From contig NC_134033.1 of NCBI RefSeq assembly GCF_964204645.1, forward strand, positions 3,306,131 to 3,370,130: a stretch of DNA of 64,000 bases, written 5' to 3'. Shown piece by piece: positions 61,771-64,000 of this stretch (position 1 is the stretch's first letter; each line of letters begins with the position of its first letter). The notes beneath the pieces were generated by a model. It was not told the DNA's origin. It ran no database searches and worked only from the letters and a program-made list of their open reading frames with translations. Source of the stretch: Tubulanus polymorphus (Eukaryota > Animalia > Nemertea). Position numbers and translations under genes: made by a program.

Positions 61771-64000
61771 GCGCCTTCTATAATAATCATACGTAATATA
61801 TGATGAACTAATAAATTCAAAAAACAATTAAATATAGTAATTAATTAATCGATTAATTCAATAAGTAATCAATGATAATAATATGTTGTTCGATCAATGT
61901 AGGTATGTGTGTGAGACTTTCTGTGATGGTCACTCTTCATATCATGTTAAAATTATATCTATTCTATCAATAAAACTATATGACAAAGGGGAAATCATGG
62001 TGTCTTTTAATCGTATATACCTCTTCTTTGTATCAGGTCCGAGCAATCCGACCGTGTTGACCGTCGAACAGGATTCTAAATTTGGTGGAAATGATGATGG
62101 TGGAAATCATTTCCAGTCTGTTAGTCAACAGCCGAAACGTGGTTTCATAATAACAAATTTGATCGTATAATTTCAAATTCGAAGTGTGGGATTCCTTCAT
62201 GTCGACCGTTGAACAGGATTCTAAATTCGTCATTTTCATTAGGGTGGTGCGCGGCTGCGTCATCGTGGACGACACAGTATCCAGACAAGAACAATAATAC
62301 GGCTATGCAGAAAATCCGTTATCGCTGCTTTGCGGCTATATTTGTTTGTATTTCTTCTCGGTAGACCGGTGTGGTCCTTGCTATCCGATGGAACTGTTGA
62401 AGTTTCGTCATTTTGTTATAGTAGAATCCGCTTATTTCCAGGGGGGGGGGTCCGAGGGTTCTGGAATACCGTTGAGCTTTGTCAGTGCCCCTTAAGTTGG
62501 AGATTCCCCTGAACCCATGGATTTGTCGTAACATCGCCCTCAGGTTTGGCATGATTTGGCGTAGTAAGTGCCCCTGAAAACTACAAGTTTGATGTTAAGG
62601 GCCCTTTTGCGTGTTTTCACATAGAAAGTGCCCTCCCACATAATAGCGAGTGCCTTTATATAATTCGGAACCCCTTTGAGATAGGGTCCTGGATCCGTTC
62701 CTGAATTCGGATCATTTGGGATCAACAAAATACTTTCGGTTTACACGGGAAATCCGGATTAAGTCATTTTCTTGTACATGGACTGTAATTATTGTCCGGA
62801 TTAGACAAAAATCCGGATTAAGCCGATCTGGATTAAGCGGGTTTGACTGTAGTTATTGGACTTATATTTAGAATCGGCAGGTTCGAACTCGGGCCACACT
62901 GGTCTGGAAAACTCGAGTTCTGGTGAAACTGTAAAGTTTCGATCGTTTCATTTGTTATCGAAAACGCGATTTAGGCCTAACCAATACCTTTCGAGCCTAG
63001 GCCCACTCAGAATCGATCTCAATAGACCAGGTTGGCAAGCGGGTTGGGGCGGATTCAGGGGTGTTCACTGGGCCCGGGCGCTGCTGCTTTCCCATTTGAG
63101 GTTGCCATTTTCGTCAAGACAAAAATAGGTAAAACCTACAAATTTGACATGTGTTTTGACATGCATGAACAAAAATATCTGCTCATACTTCTAACCATGA
63201 GCAGAAATAATGTGTGCATGAGCAACTTGCAAAAATGTTAAAGAGTGCATGCACAACTTTATGAGCAACTTACAGATTTAGGGCTATTACATACCTGGCC
63301 TATGACATGGCTACTTTATCTGAAAATCTTTTTTCTGGGTTCTGGCCTTCAGATTTTCCTAAATCCACCCCTGGTAGACTCCCCCTGCTATGAGTTAGTT
63401 GGTGGTATTGATGGGCTTATACCAACTTATATACAAAATATCCGATCGTGAAACTAAACCACAGACTGGTTAGCGACTACACTGGGGCGGGCTTGTCATG
63501 AGAGTGGATTGGAACATCCACCATCCACTATCACATTGCGACCGTTCTGCCCCGCCGGTTCGAATCGGTAGGCACTGATGGTATCCACTCGCGGGACTAA
63601 TACAACATTCCCGCATGCGGCCCTATTTTATGCGCCCTCTAGCGCCCAAAAAAACAACGAACAATTCTCGTTTTATTTCAATTCCGAATGTATTCCATCG
63701 CGAAATTTAACACGGTGTTTAAACGTATCGTTTCATCAAATCGTCAGATTTTATACTTTGCTTATTCGGATGATGAGTTGTATCCACGAAAGCTTGCGTG
63801 AAAATGACTCCTATTTTAATAAAATGTTACATTTTTATTTCGACATTGAATACGATGGCTCATATACGCCGCACACTGGGTCATGCATTTACATGAACTA
63901 TAATAGTTATGTTACAGTCATTTGACTTTTTTGCCACGAGTTGGCGGATGACTAGTTTGCGCGGACGACGGCGGTTTGTAGGCGTACAGAACCCGTAGAG

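Noticed and set aside
62037-62170. Acceptor-like tctttgtatcag followed by a short open frame
   Set aside because: No recognisable homology or partner exon; contains a local duplication (gaccgt.gaacaggattctaaatt)

Overview
Repeat-rich animal genomic DNA with no CpG depletion and GT-AG introns, most likely from an invertebrate; the species cannot be determined from the sequence. One large + strand gene dominates: a homolog of fibronectin type III domain-containing protein 3 (FNDC3A/FNDC3B; Drosophila mtgo family). I assembled 21 coding exons by hand from 4637 to 53680, with every intron phase compatible, giving 3426 nt (about 1141 aa): a Pro/His-rich N-terminus, nine FN3 repeats and a C-terminal membrane anchor. 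A long putative 3' UTR runs to about 61.3 kb. The introns are packed with non-autonomous DNA transposons (PIF/Harbinger-type with CWG target duplications, piggyBac-type with TTAA), minisatellites grown from their ends, and tRNA/SINE-like fragments. Most ORFs in the six-frame track are repeat artefacts. The most notable observations are: a minimal Penelope-type hammerhead ribozyme motif on the sense strand of intron 1; several candidate alternative first exons, one encoding a signal-peptide-like sequence; an 8-fold tandem amplification of a real splice acceptor; a dispersed 77-bp repeat carrying a CTCF-like motif; and inverted repeat pairs bracketing exons. All of these are hypotheses from sequence alone.
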